Shown: positions 47,197 through 58,511 of the stretch, piece after piece | How positions within the stretch are numbered: position 1 is the first letter of the stretch | Layout of the letters: every line of letters begins with the position of its first letter | NCBI GenBank assembly: GCA_041613315.1 | Contig: JBFJHJ010000001.1 | Location: 32,001 to 96,000 of the forward strand | Direction of reading: 5' to 3' | Length of the DNA: 64,000 nucleotides | Origin: Gemmatimonadales bacterium | Lineage (GTDB): Bacteria > Gemmatimonadota > Gemmatimonadetes > Gemmatimonadales > GWC2-71-9 | The notes under the pieces: model-generated | What the model was told of the DNA's origin: nothing | The model's input: only the letters and a program-made list of their open reading frames with translations | Databases searched by the model: none | Position numbers and translations under genes: made by a program

Positions 47197-48525
47197 ATGC
47201 GCCACGTTTCGTGTCGACTCCTCGCATGGGTGACCGTCGCGACCGCCACCGCGGCCGGTCCCGCCGCCGCCCAGCAGCGGCTTTCCTCCGTGGAGCGCCA
47301 GATCGTCGCCTCCGTCGATGCCCAGACGCCGGCGGCGGTCGCGTTCCTCGAGGAAGTGGTGAACATCAACTCGGGGACCATGAACTTCGACGGGGTCCGG
47401 GCGGTCGGTCGAGCGTTTCAGGCGAAGCTCGACGCGCTGGGGTTCGCCACGCGGTGGATCCCGATGGATGAGGCGGGGCGCGCCGGCCATCTGTTCGCCG
47501 AGCGGCAGGATCGCGCGAGCGGCGGGAAGCGCCTGCTCCTGATTGGGCACTTGGACACCGTGTTCGAGCACGACAGTCCCTTCCAGCGGTTCGAGCGGCG
47601 GGACGGCCAAGCTCTGGGGCCGGGCACGGAGGACATGAAGGGCGGGAACGTCGTGATGCTGTTGGCGCTCCAGGCGCTCCACGCGGCGGGAGCGCTGGAT
47701 GGGACCACGATGATCGTGGCGCTCACGGGCGACGAGGAAGACACCGGCGACCCGCTCAGCGTGTCGCGGCGCGACCTCCTTGAGGCGGGACGCCGAAGCG
47801 ATATCGCCTTGGGGTTCGAGGGTGGCATCGGCACGGGCACGGCAACGGTCGCGCGGCGCGGGTTCACCGGCTGGATCGTGCGGGTCGGTGGCACGCCTGC
47901 CCACTCCTCACAGGTGTTCCGTGAGGACGTGGGGAGCGGCGCCATCTACGAGGCGGCCCGTATCCTCCATGACTTCCACGAGGAGTTGCGGGGCGAGCGC
48001 TACTTGACCCTCAACCCGGGGACCATCCTGGGCGGGACGTCCGTGACGTTCGATGCCGTGCAGAGCAGGGGCACGACATTCGGCAAGACCAACGTCATCG
48101 CCGAGCACACGGTGGTGGCCGGCGACTTGCGGTTCATCTCGGAGGCACAGCGCGAGCGCGCCAAGGAGCGGATGCGAGCGATCGTCGCGCGACACCTCCC
48201 GCAGACGACGGCAACGATCACCTTCGAGGACTCCTACCCGGCGATGGCGCCGACGCCCGCCAACTACACCTTGCTCGAGCGGCTCGACCGCGTGAGCCGC
48301 GATCTCGGCTTCGGGGCCGTCGAGGCGGTGGATCCGGGCCGACGCGGCGCCGCCGACGTGTCCTTTGTAGCGCCGATCGTCGAAGCCTCGCTGGACGGTC
48401 TCGGGATCGTCGGAGACGGCGGCCACACCGTGGCAGAGCGCGCAGACCTCGCGACCCTCACTCTCATGGCGAAGCGGGCGGCCCTGCTGATCTATCGGCT
48501 GACGCGGGAGCGGCCGGGGACCTAG
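47197..48525 (+). CDS. M20-family metallopeptidase (carboxypeptidase G2-like), secreted
   Basis: GHLDTV, DMKGG, DEE, AHS, GGHT. Confidence 0.9.
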   Translation: MRHVSCRLLAWVTVATATAAGPAAAQQRLSSVERQIVASVDAQTPAAVAFLEEVVNINSGTMNFDGVRAVGRAFQAKLDALGFATRWIPMDEAGRAGHLFAERQDRASGGKRLLLIGHLDTVFEHDSPFQRFERRDGQALGPGTEDMKGGNVVMLLALQALHAAGALDGTTMIVALTGDEEDTGDPLSVSRRDLLEAGRRSDIALGFEGGIGTGTATVARRGFTGWIVRVGGTPAHSSQVFREDVGSGAIYEAARILHDFHEELRGERYLTLNPGTILGGTSVTFDAVQSRGTTFGKTNVIAEHTVVAGDLRFISEAQRERAKERMRAIVARHLPQTTATITFEDSYPAMAPTPANYTLLERLDRVSRDLGFGAVEAVDPGRRGAADVSFVAPIVEASLDGLGIVGDGGHTVAERADLATLTLMAKRAALLIYRLTRERPGT

Positions 48526-48563
48526 GGCAGCGCGGCGACCGCGCGGTGGGGACATGGAATGAC

Positions 48564-48641
48564 GACGGACGGCGGGACGGACATACGGTCAGGCGGTCAA
48601 CCCTCCGTGGGTCAGGGGCGGACCGGTCGCAGCGTCCGCCC
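48564..48641. terminator. 8-nt-period repeat plus 8-bp hairpin between convergent genes
   Basis: GACGGACG GCGGGACG GACATACG GTCAGGCG, then GGGCGGAC-N10-GTCCGCCC. Confidence 0.45.
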
Positions 48642-48652
48642 GCCCGCCTCTC

Positions 48653-50692
<2,040 letters not shown>

Positions 50693-50916
50693 CTAAATCA
50701 CTGTCGCGCAAGGCCTTATCGCAAGCCGAGCGGGCGGGGCCCGGCGCCGCGCCCCGGGTCGGTTTCCGGGCGCTCTCGCGGCCTCCGGGACCGGCCCGCC
50801 GGACGAAGCAATGAGGGTGCCGTTCATCCCATCTTCACATTTGGTTGCGCTACCGGGCCAGAGATTCGAGCACTTGTGAAGCACTCTCACCGTCGACTCG
50901 TCGGGGGCCCACGGCC

Positions 50917-51948
50917 ATGACTCAGACCGAGTCTGCGGCTCGGAAACGGCGTTCCCCGCGAGGGGCCCGCTGGCTCCTCCAGGGACTCGTGGGCGTCGGA
51001 CTCGTTCTGGCGTCCGCCTGCCTGGACGAGCCGGCGGCACCCGTGAAGCCAGGCGACGACGGGAACCCCGGTGTGCCAGGGGACATTGAGCCCGAGCCCT
51101 CCGTGGAGCCGGATCTCTCCCACGTGATCGGGGGAAAGCTGATCTTGCCGATTCGGCTCACCCCCACGCCGGCAGGCCGCCTGGTCGTCTCGGATTTCTA
51201 CGCGCGGCGCGTCTTCCTCGTCGACCCGCCGACGCTTCGGGTCCTGGGCGGCCTCGTCGTCCAGGGCGGTCCGCTCGCCGTGGGCCTGTGGGGGCGACGC
51301 ATCTTTGTGGGGAACGCCGCCACCCGGACGGTCGACGTCTACGATCACCGTGGGGCCTATCTGTACTCCTTCGGAGGTGGCCCCGGGGCCGTCGGCGATC
51401 CGACTGATCTCGCCATCGATGCCGCGCGGGGCCTCGTATTCGTGGTGGACGGCCGGAGCCGCGTGGTGAAGGTGTTCACCGTCTATGGCGATCCCGTGTT
51501 CCAGATCTCGGGGCCGGGCCAGGGCGCCGCCCGGCTGCAGCGGCCGACCGGCATCGCGCTGCACGCGGATCAGGTGTTCGTCAGCGACTACGGTGACCTT
51601 CGGACGGGCGATCCGGCGCGTATCAAGGTCTTCGAGTACGACGGCAAGCTCGTGACCAGCCTCTCCGGCGGGAACGACGGCTCAAAGGCCCGGTTTGCCC
51701 GGCCTCAGGGGCTCACGGTGGACGCCCAGCGGCGCGTCTTCGTGACGGAAGCAATGTCCGGCGAGGTAATCGTGCTCGATCCCGCGACGGGCGCCGTGAT
51801 CAAGACGATCGGCACCTGGGGCTCCGACCCCGGCCAGTTGCGCCTGCCGCTGGACGTCACGCTGAGTCCCCGTTCTGACGCCATCTTCGTGACCAACTCC
51901 CGCAACGGTCGGGTGGAGCTGTTCGCCGGCGGGGGCGCGGTGCCATGA
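50917..51948 (+). CDS. NHL-repeat beta-propeller lipoprotein
   Basis: Lipobox LASAC; repeats PTDLAID, PTGIAL, PQGLTVD, PLDVTLS with RV.VF-type strands. Confidence 0.88.
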   Translation: MTQTESAARKRRSPRGARWLLQGLVGVGLVLASACLDEPAAPVKPGDDGNPGVPGDIEPEPSVEPDLSHVIGGKLILPIRLTPTPAGRLVVSDFYARRVFLVDPPTLRVLGGLVVQGGPLAVGLWGRRIFVGNAATRTVDVYDHRGAYLYSFGGGPGAVGDPTDLAIDAARGLVFVVDGRSRVVKVFTVYGDPVFQISGPGQGAARLQRPTGIALHADQVFVSDYGDLRTGDPARIKVFEYDGKLVTSLSGGNDGSKARFARPQGLTVDAQRRVFVTEAMSGEVIVLDPATGAVIKTIGTWGSDPGQLRLPLDVTLSPRSDAIFVTNSRNGRVELFAGGGAVP

Positions 51949-54209
51949 GGCGTCTTGCGCCGCTGAGCGCCGTCGTATTCAGCCTCGTGCTCGTACTCGC
52001 CGCGGTCGTGTCACGCCCGCGGGGCGCGGAAGGGTCCGCCGCGGTGCTTCTGCTCGCGGCGCACGACCCGTGCGGCAACTGCCACAGCATGCACACGGCG
52101 CCAGGCCAGACGCTGACGAACGATGCCGTCGTCGAAGATCTCTGCCTCACGTGTCACGGGCCGGCTGGGCCGTCCCCCAAGAAGGCCGAGGTGCATCAGC
52201 ACAAGACGGGCAGCACCTACGACTTTGCGATGACGTGCACGGCCTGCCATAATCCGCACAACCATCCCACGAATTGGCTCGGCGGAACCAATCTCCGCTT
52301 GGTCGGCGACGAGCGCAGCGCCAAGATCACAACGCCCAATAGCGGCGTCCGGGACGTGGTCTTCGAGAGCCGCGGCGCCGACTCCGGCGGGGCGGCCCTC
52401 CATTCCTACGCGGACGCCGATCAGGACGCGAACGGGGTGTACGATGGCGTCTGCGAGGTGTGCCACACGTTGACCGGCGTCCATCAGAACAGCTCCGCCG
52501 GCTATCATCGGCACCAGCGGGGCAACAGCTGTCTCACCTGCCATCCGCACGTGGGGCAGGGGGGGAACGTCGGGGCGTTCCTCGTGGATCCCACGCTCGA
52601 GTGCGCCGACTGTCACAACCGGCCGCTCGATCCTCGCCGGGCGGTGATCAGCGAGTTTGCACGGCGGAGCCACCACGTGCAGGGACCGGTCGCGAGCGCC
52701 GACTGCCGGGCGTGCCACATCCAGACGCGGCATTCGAAGGGGACGGTTCGGTTGGCGAATGCGGATGACCCGACCAACGAGACGCTGGTGGTGGAGCTCA
52801 CGGGCGATCCGGTCGCCGCTCCGGCCGACGCCGCGAAGCTGACGCCCTTCTGTCTGGCCTGCCACGACGCCAACGCGGCGAACGGTGCGCCACCGTTCAG
52901 CGACGGGGTGACACCGCCCAACATCGACGCCGGCTGGGCGGAGGCCTCCCACAAGACCGTCGGCTACTCGTGCTTCGGCGACGGCGCGTCCGGCTGCCAT
53001 GCCACCGCCCACGGATCGGACAAGCAGAACCTCCTCGCGCCCCACGGCGTTTCGCCGACGCCGCCGGCCAACGCGGAGGAGGAAGAGGGGTTCTGCTACA
53101 CCTGTCACGACGGCGCTCCCGCCAGCACCAATATCCAGGGAGAATTTCAGAAAGGGGCCAATACCGCGGTCCGGACCTTCCACCACCAGGTCAGGGACAC
53201 GGAACAGTCCGGGGGTCGCGTCGTCGAGTGCACGAGTTGCCATAACCCGCACCAGGCGACGAACGCCAACAAGGTGAGAGGCGTCCGCGGGACGGACCTG
53301 CGCGGCAATCCGGTCGGGCCTGGGACGGGCAACCCGCGTGACGCTTTAGAGTACGAGGTGTGCCTCAACTGCCACGGCGACACCTACCTGGCGAATCGGG
53401 ACATCAACGCGGATGGCTTCAACGACACGTCGAACAAGCGGCGCGACTTCAACGACAGCGCCAGCGCGTATCACGCGGTGCAGCAGGCCGGCCGCAACCG
53501 TTCGGGCGCGATCCAGGCCGCCCTGGTCGGCGGGCTGGACACGCTCTCGGTCATCAAGTGCAGCGACTGCCACAACAACGAGCAGACCAGGAACGCCCTG
53601 GGCCGGGCGTCCAACTCGGCCGCCAGCCCCAAAGGGCCGCACGGCTCGATCCTCTACCCGATCCTGCGCGACACGTCCGACCTCCGGGCCATCCAACCGG
53701 CCGGGCAGGCGCGGAGCGGCCAGTTCCGGCTCTGCTTCCTGTGCCACGACAAGGACAAGCTCAAGGGGGAGAAGGACGGCAACGTGGGGCGCGACTTCGC
53801 CGCCGGCGCCCGTACGAACTTCTACGGCGGCTCGAAGGACAACCTCCACTGGTTCCACCTGAGCGACTTCGCTGGCGCCACGTGCCGTTCGTGCCACTAC
53901 AACACCCACGGCAATCAGTCGGCGAGCAACACGATCTATCGGATCATCGACGGCGGCCCGCCGACGGACTATGCGACCGGTCCGCCAATCGGCTACAAGA
54001 CGCGCATGGTGAACTTCTCGCCCTCGGTGCAAGCGCGGACGGGATTCACCAAGCCGGTGTTCCGAATCGACGTGGGGACGCGCAACCGAGGGTGTCTGCT
54101 GGTGTGCCACGGCACGGACCATGACGGCACGGGGGACTTCACCTACAACCCGCAGGCGCGGCACGGCCAGCCGGGGATGGACAACGATCCGCTGAAATAC
54201 ACTCCGTGA
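51945..54209 (+). CDS. Secreted multiheme cytochrome c (14 CxxCH plus CX7CH and CX3CH)
   Basis: Motifs counted in the translation; signal peptide; ATGA overlap with the NHL gene. Confidence 0.93.
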   Translation: MRRLAPLSAVVFSLVLVLAAVVSRPRGAEGSAAVLLLAAHDPCGNCHSMHTAPGQTLTNDAVVEDLCLTCHGPAGPSPKKAEVHQHKTGSTYDFAMTCTACHNPHNHPTNWLGGTNLRLVGDERSAKITTPNSGVRDVVFESRGADSGGAALHSYADADQDANGVYDGVCEVCHTLTGVHQNSSAGYHRHQRGNSCLTCHPHVGQGGNVGAFLVDPTLECADCHNRPLDPRRAVISEFARRSHHVQGPVASADCRACHIQTRHSKGTVRLANADDPTNETLVVELTGDPVAAPADAAKLTPFCLACHDANAANGAPPFSDGVTPPNIDAGWAEASHKTVGYSCFGDGASGCHATAHGSDKQNLLAPHGVSPTPPANAEEEEGFCYTCHDGAPASTNIQGEFQKGANTAVRTFHHQVRDTEQSGGRVVECTSCHNPHQATNANKVRGVRGTDLRGNPVGPGTGNPRDALEYEVCLNCHGDTYLANRDINADGFNDTSNKRRDFNDSASAYHAVQQAGRNRSGAIQAALVGGLDTLSVIKCSDCHNNEQTRNALGRASNSAASPKGPHGSILYPILRDTSDLRAIQPAGQARSGQFRLCFLCHDKDKLKGEKDGNVGRDFAAGARTNFYGGSKDNLHWFHLSDFAGATCRSCHYNTHGNQSASNTIYRIIDGGPPTDYATGPPIGYKTRMVNFSPSVQARTGFTKPVFRIDVGTRNRGCLLVCHGTDHDGTGDFTYNPQARHGQPGMDNDPLKYTP

Positions 54210-54232
54210 GCGAGGCCGACGCCCCGGACGGC

Positions 54233-54532
54233 TCACCCCACCCGCCACAGAATCCGCTGAATCTTCTTCCCCTTCTGCCCGAGCTTGCGGAGGATCTCGC
54301 CCGACATCAGCTGCAGCTCGGTCGCCCACGCCGCCGACTTGACCCGCACCACGAGCACGCCCCCCTCCAGCACGACCTCCGGCGTCGTGACCTCCGCGAT
54401 CGCCGGCCCTACCAGCTCGGCCCACTCGGGAATCACGCTCGCCTGATCGAGCCGCCGCGCCAGCCCCGTCCGTTTGACGTACGCCTCGAGCGCCTCGCTC
54501 AGCGGCGTCGCGGCCGGCTTACGCTTCCGCAA
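54233..54532 (-). CDS. dciA: DciA (DUF721) helicase-loader protein
   Basis: W.ELVG.AIA..T.P...GVLVV.V.SAAWATEL; directly after recF. Confidence 0.9.
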   Translation of the reverse strand: MRKRKPAATPLSEALEAYVKRTGLARRLDQASVIPEWAELVGPAIAEVTTPEVVLEGGVLVVRVKSAAWATELQLMSGEILRKLGQKGKKIQRILWRVG

Positions 54533-55619
54533 GCGCGCCGTCCCGCATCTGCCACCGCGGCCGGTCGAGGAGCGCGGCGGGGACCTCGGCGTCGCGCGGT
54601 GCCGCGATGACCGCCTGGCCGGGAAGCGTTTCGCGAATCAAGTCCAGCAAGCGCTCCTGCCGCCCCCGATCCAGCTCGGCAAAGACATCGTCGTAGAGCG
54701 CCATCGGCGCTTCCCCCCGCGCGCGGGTCAGGGTCTCGGCCTCGAGGAGCCGGAGCGCGATCGCCGCGGTCCGTTGCTGGCCGGCCGAGCCGAACGTTCG
54801 CAGATCGCGGCCGCCGAGCGTCAGCTCGAGGTCGTCGCGGTGCGGCCCCACGGTGGTCATGCCGCGGCGCAGGTCTCGGTCCATCGCGCCGTCCAGCGCG
54901 CTCCGCAGGTCGGCCGCCGACTCTCCCGGATGGTGATGCTTGGGCCGATACGCGACGGCGGGGTCCGCCGCCTCTCCGAGCGTGCGACACAGCGCCGCGT
55001 AGCGGGCGTGCCAGCAGGCCGTCCAGCGGTCCCGGATGCGCGCCACGTCGGTCGCCGCCGCCGTGAACGGCTGGTCGAAGGCCCGGGCGTCCGGCGCGCG
55101 TCCGCGGCGGAGGGCCGCGTTCCGTTGGCGCAACGCGTTCCGCATCGCCGTGAGGCTCGCGAGGTAGCCCGGCTCGCTCAGGGACAGCAGCACGTCCAAG
55201 TACCGCCGACGTCCGGCGGGGCCGCCACCGACGATCGCCCGATCGGCGGGCGAGAACACCACTGCCGTCACGGCGCCGACGGCCTCGGCCAGCTTCTTCG
55301 CCTCGCTGCCGTCCACGCTCACCTTCTTGCGTCGCCCCTGGATCTCGTATCCCGCCATCACGCGCCGCCCGTTGCCGCCCCTCACGAAGAATCCCGCCTC
55401 ACCGAACCGCACCAGTTCCCGGTCCTTCGCGCCGCGGAAGGAGCGGAACAGCACGAGGTAGTAGATCGCTTCGAGGAAGTTCGTCTTTCCGTGACCGTTC
55501 TCGCCCACGATCACGACGCCCTCGGGCGGGAGTTCCACGTCGAGCGAGGCGAGGTTGCGGAAGTTGCGAATCCTGAGCGAGGAGAGATGCACCGCGAATC
55601 GTTGTCCGGGGTCCGTCAT
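54519..55619 (-). CDS. recF: DNA repair protein RecF
   Basis: NFRNL, GENGHGKTN, GPHRDD, SAGQQR, DDVFAELD. Confidence 0.96.
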   Translation of the reverse strand: MTDPGQRFAVHLSSLRIRNFRNLASLDVELPPEGVVIVGENGHGKTNFLEAIYYLVLFRSFRGAKDRELVRFGEAGFFVRGGNGRRVMAGYEIQGRRKKVSVDGSEAKKLAEAVGAVTAVVFSPADRAIVGGGPAGRRRYLDVLLSLSEPGYLASLTAMRNALRQRNAALRRGRAPDARAFDQPFTAAATDVARIRDRWTACWHARYAALCRTLGEAADPAVAYRPKHHHPGESAADLRSALDGAMDRDLRRGMTTVGPHRDDLELTLGGRDLRTFGSAGQQRTAAIALRLLEAETLTRARGEAPMALYDDVFAELDRGRQERLLDLIRETLPGQAVIAAPRDAEVPAALLDRPRWQMRDGALAEA

Positions 55620-55635
55620 CCGTCAGGCCCGACCG

Positions 55636-56109
55636 TTACACGGGAACGACGGGGCGCGCACGAGTCTCCAGGTTGAGAAGTTCCCGCTTCATGGCCAGGC
55701 CCCCGCCATAGCCCCCGAGCTTGCCGCCCGCCGCGACCACGCGGTGGCACGGCACGACGAGGGGAATCGGGTTGCGGTGGTTGGCCATGCCGACGGCGCG
55801 AGCGGCGCCGGGGCGTCCGATCTTGCGCGCGATCTCACCGTAGGTGGCGGTTTCGCCGTACGGGATCGCGAGAAGCGCACTCCACACGCGCATGTCGAAC
55901 GGTGTGCCGTGGAGGGTGATCGGGAACGTGAAATCGCACCTCCGCCCTCGCACGTACTCGCCGAGCTCGCGTGCCACGCGGCGCTCGAGCGTGGATGCGG
56001 GGTCGCGCGCGCCCTCGCACTTGAGCGCGATGCGGCTGACGGCGTCTCCGGCCGTGGTCACGGCCAGCGGGCCCAGGGGGGTGCGGACGGTGAATGCGTG
56101 GTCGCTCAT
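55636..56109 (-). CDS. ogt: Methylated-DNA-protein-cysteine methyltransferase
   Basis: IPYGET.TYG, RAVG, VPCHRV, GGYGGG. Confidence 0.93.
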   Translation of the reverse strand: MSDHAFTVRTPLGPLAVTTAGDAVSRIALKCEGARDPASTLERRVARELGEYVRGRRCDFTFPITLHGTPFDMRVWSALLAIPYGETATYGEIARKIGRPGAARAVGMANHRNPIPLVVPCHRVVAAGGKLGGYGGGLAMKRELLNLETRARPVVPV

Positions 56110-56283
56110 GGTGAAACGTCCTCGTGACGCGCGTCGTGCGGTGATGCGACGTTCCTCCCGGCCTCTTGCCCGACGACCCAATCTATCGCCCCGGAGCCGT
56201 CTCGGCTTGTCCGTCCGGGCTGGCCGCGCGGGTGGGCGGCGTGCACGTTGCATACCGACCTCCCGGACGAGGCGAGGCTGCCC

Positions 56284-57333
56284 GTGACCCAGCCGTCCCC
56301 ATCACCCCAGACGATCTTCGAGACGCTCACCGCCTATCAGAAGAGCGCGGCACTCGCCGGCGCGATCACCCTCGATCTGTTTACCGCGATCGCCGCCGGC
56401 GCCACCAGCATCGAGGCCCTGGCGAAGCGCTGTGGAGTGAGCGACCGGGGTATCCGGAGCCTGTGCGATTACCTCGTGGCGACTGGGTTCCTCGAAAAGC
56501 GTGGCCGCCTGTACGGGCTGACGGCGGGCGCCGCAGCATACCTGGACCGCGCGTCCGACGGCTATGTCGGTGACGCCGTGGAGTTCCTCCACTCCAGCGA
56601 ACTGCAGGGCGCGTTCGCCGACGTCCCGGGCGCCGTTCGCCGGGGCGGGACGGTCCTCGAGCAAGATGCGTTCACCGGACCGGACCACCCGGCGTGGGCC
56701 GCGTTCGCCAGGGCGATGGCCCCGATGGCGACGGTCCTGGCCCAGCAGCTGGTGGCGTTCATCGTGGGCGAGGGGTGGACGCCCGGACGCGTGCTCGACG
56801 TCTCGGCCGGTCACGGCCGCTACGGCATCGCCCTCGCCACGCACTGGCCGGAGACGTCGGTCGCCTTTCAGGACTGGCCGACGGTGCTGGCGGTGGCGGC
56901 GGAACAGGCACGGGCCGCCGGCCTGGAAGGTCGCTACACCCTGCTGCCCGGCAGTGCTTTCGAGGTGGACTTGGGAGGGCCCTACGATACGGTGCTACTC
57001 CCCAACTTCCTGCACCACTTCGACCGGGCGGCGTGCACCGCGCTGCTCCGGCGGCTGCGTGCGGTGCTGGCGCCCGGAGGCCGGATCGTCGCGATCGAGG
57101 CCGTGGTGGATGCCGACCGGGTCTCGCCCGCTCCGGCTGCGGCGTTCGGCCTCGTGATGCTCGTGACCACGCCCGGCGGCGACGTATACACTCGGACCGA
57201 GCTCGAAGCGATGTTCCACGACGCGGGGTTCGACCGGACGGTTTTCCGGCCGTTCGGAGAGGCGCACCAACAGGTGATCGTGTCAACTCTGAGCAACGCC
57301 CATCGGTCGGCGATAGAGCCGGATCTTCGATAG
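56284..57333 (+). CDS. SAM-dependent O-methyltransferase with dimerisation domain
   Basis: N-terminal HTH-like region, VLDVSAGHG, PGSAF, NFLHHF. Confidence 0.9.
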   Translation: MTQPSPSPQTIFETLTAYQKSAALAGAITLDLFTAIAAGATSIEALAKRCGVSDRGIRSLCDYLVATGFLEKRGRLYGLTAGAAAYLDRASDGYVGDAVEFLHSSELQGAFADVPGAVRRGGTVLEQDAFTGPDHPAWAAFARAMAPMATVLAQQLVAFIVGEGWTPGRVLDVSAGHGRYGIALATHWPETSVAFQDWPTVLAVAAEQARAAGLEGRYTLLPGSAFEVDLGGPYDTVLLPNFLHHFDRAACTALLRRLRAVLAPGGRIVAIEAVVDADRVSPAPAAAFGLVMLVTTPGGDVYTRTELEAMFHDAGFDRTVFRPFGEAHQQVIVSTLSNAHRSAIEPDLR

Positions 57334-57607
57334 CGAGAGAGCGGGCAACCCGATACCGCCGTCCTACGTGTCCCCTCAATTCGGATGCGCCCGCCGGTGC
57401 CTCCGCGCCGCGCGCTAGCCGTCGGCGGCCGAGACCGGAAGGGGTAGCCACCCCCCCTCTAGCGCGCGAGTCTGCCGCCCCACAGCTTCGTGCCCGTCCC
57501 CCCAGCAGGAGCCGCAGCTACGCGGTCGGGTTCCCCTGGTTGCCGCAATCGCGCGTGGCCCTGCCCCGCACGTCTCTCAGCGCCCCCCACAGAGAAAGAG
57601 GTGGCCT

Positions 57608-58315
57608 ATGCCTCGACGCCTGTCGCCTACGCTGACCATTGTAGGCGTCGCAATGCTCGTGGTCTCGTGCGCGCCAGGTCCAGACGAGCGCGCGGCAGAT
57701 CGCCGGGAATGGCCGTCGCTACCCGAACCCGTCGTCACGCATCCCCCATCGGAGGCCGGAGCCGCGCAGCGCGTCGAGCATGGTGAGCGAATCGCCGATG
57801 TCGACGAGGCGAGGCGGCGGTTGCACGCGCAGCACCACCCGCACGGTGTGCTGGAGACCCGCAGGCTCCCCGGCGTGTTTCAGCGGCCCTCTATGACGAA
57901 GGTCAAGGACTTCGCCCTCTCCAAGTCCGACCTCGTGGTCATCAATCCCGGGCCCGGCGAATACGTGCACGTGATGGAGGGCCAGCGGCATGGCTACCAG
58001 AATCTGACCATTGGGATCACGTACACGGCTCCCGGCGGGGCGCCACCGATGCATACGCACCGGGGCGAGGAGGCCCACGTCCTGTTGGAGGGGACCATCC
58101 TCTACGCGCTCGGCGACTCGATCTTCACCATGGAAGCGCCCTATGTCGTCAATATTCCCCCGATGATGCCCCACTCGTTCAAGAACCTGGGCGACCACGT
58201 GGCGGAGCTCGTCGTGGTCTTCCCTACGAACGTGTGGGAGTATGACGTGCTGGATTACTTCCCGTTTGCGAAGCTGGACAGTGCCAAGGCTCCGAGACGA
58301 GAGCGCGGCAGGTGA
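57608..58315 (+). CDS. Cupin-domain lipoprotein
   Basis: Lipobox VVSC; HTH..EE and PHSFKN cupin motifs. Confidence 0.82.
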   Translation: MPRRLSPTLTIVGVAMLVVSCAPGPDERAADRREWPSLPEPVVTHPPSEAGAAQRVEHGERIADVDEARRRLHAQHHPHGVLETRRLPGVFQRPSMTKVKDFALSKSDLVVINPGPGEYVHVMEGQRHGYQNLTIGITYTAPGGAPPMHTHRGEEAHVLLEGTILYALGDSIFTMEAPYVVNIPPMMPHSFKNLGDHVAELVVVFPTNVWEYDVLDYFPFAKLDSAKAPRRERGR

Positions 58316-58511
58316 CGGATGGCTGCTCGGCGGCCGGTTCCGGGCGGGGACCACCGCTTGTGCGATCGCTGATCTACGTAAGCGCTTGTTGCGCAATGCG
58401 TTACGTGATCGTTCACCACCGATGTCGGACGCGTCACAGCGGTACCCCCGACTGGGGGTACCTTAAACCTTGGGGAGGCATGCCCTTTCCCCCGGAGCGG
58501 AGCGGGGCGAC

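Noticed and set aside
50833..50891. Rex/CRP box upstream of the NHL-cytochrome operon
   Set aside because: TGTGA and TCAC are spaced by 7 nt rather than 6, and the right half-site is poor.
57425..57450. SRP RNA-like GGAA tetraloop
   Set aside because: Lacks the conserved CAGG/AGCA symmetric loop of SRP domain IV.
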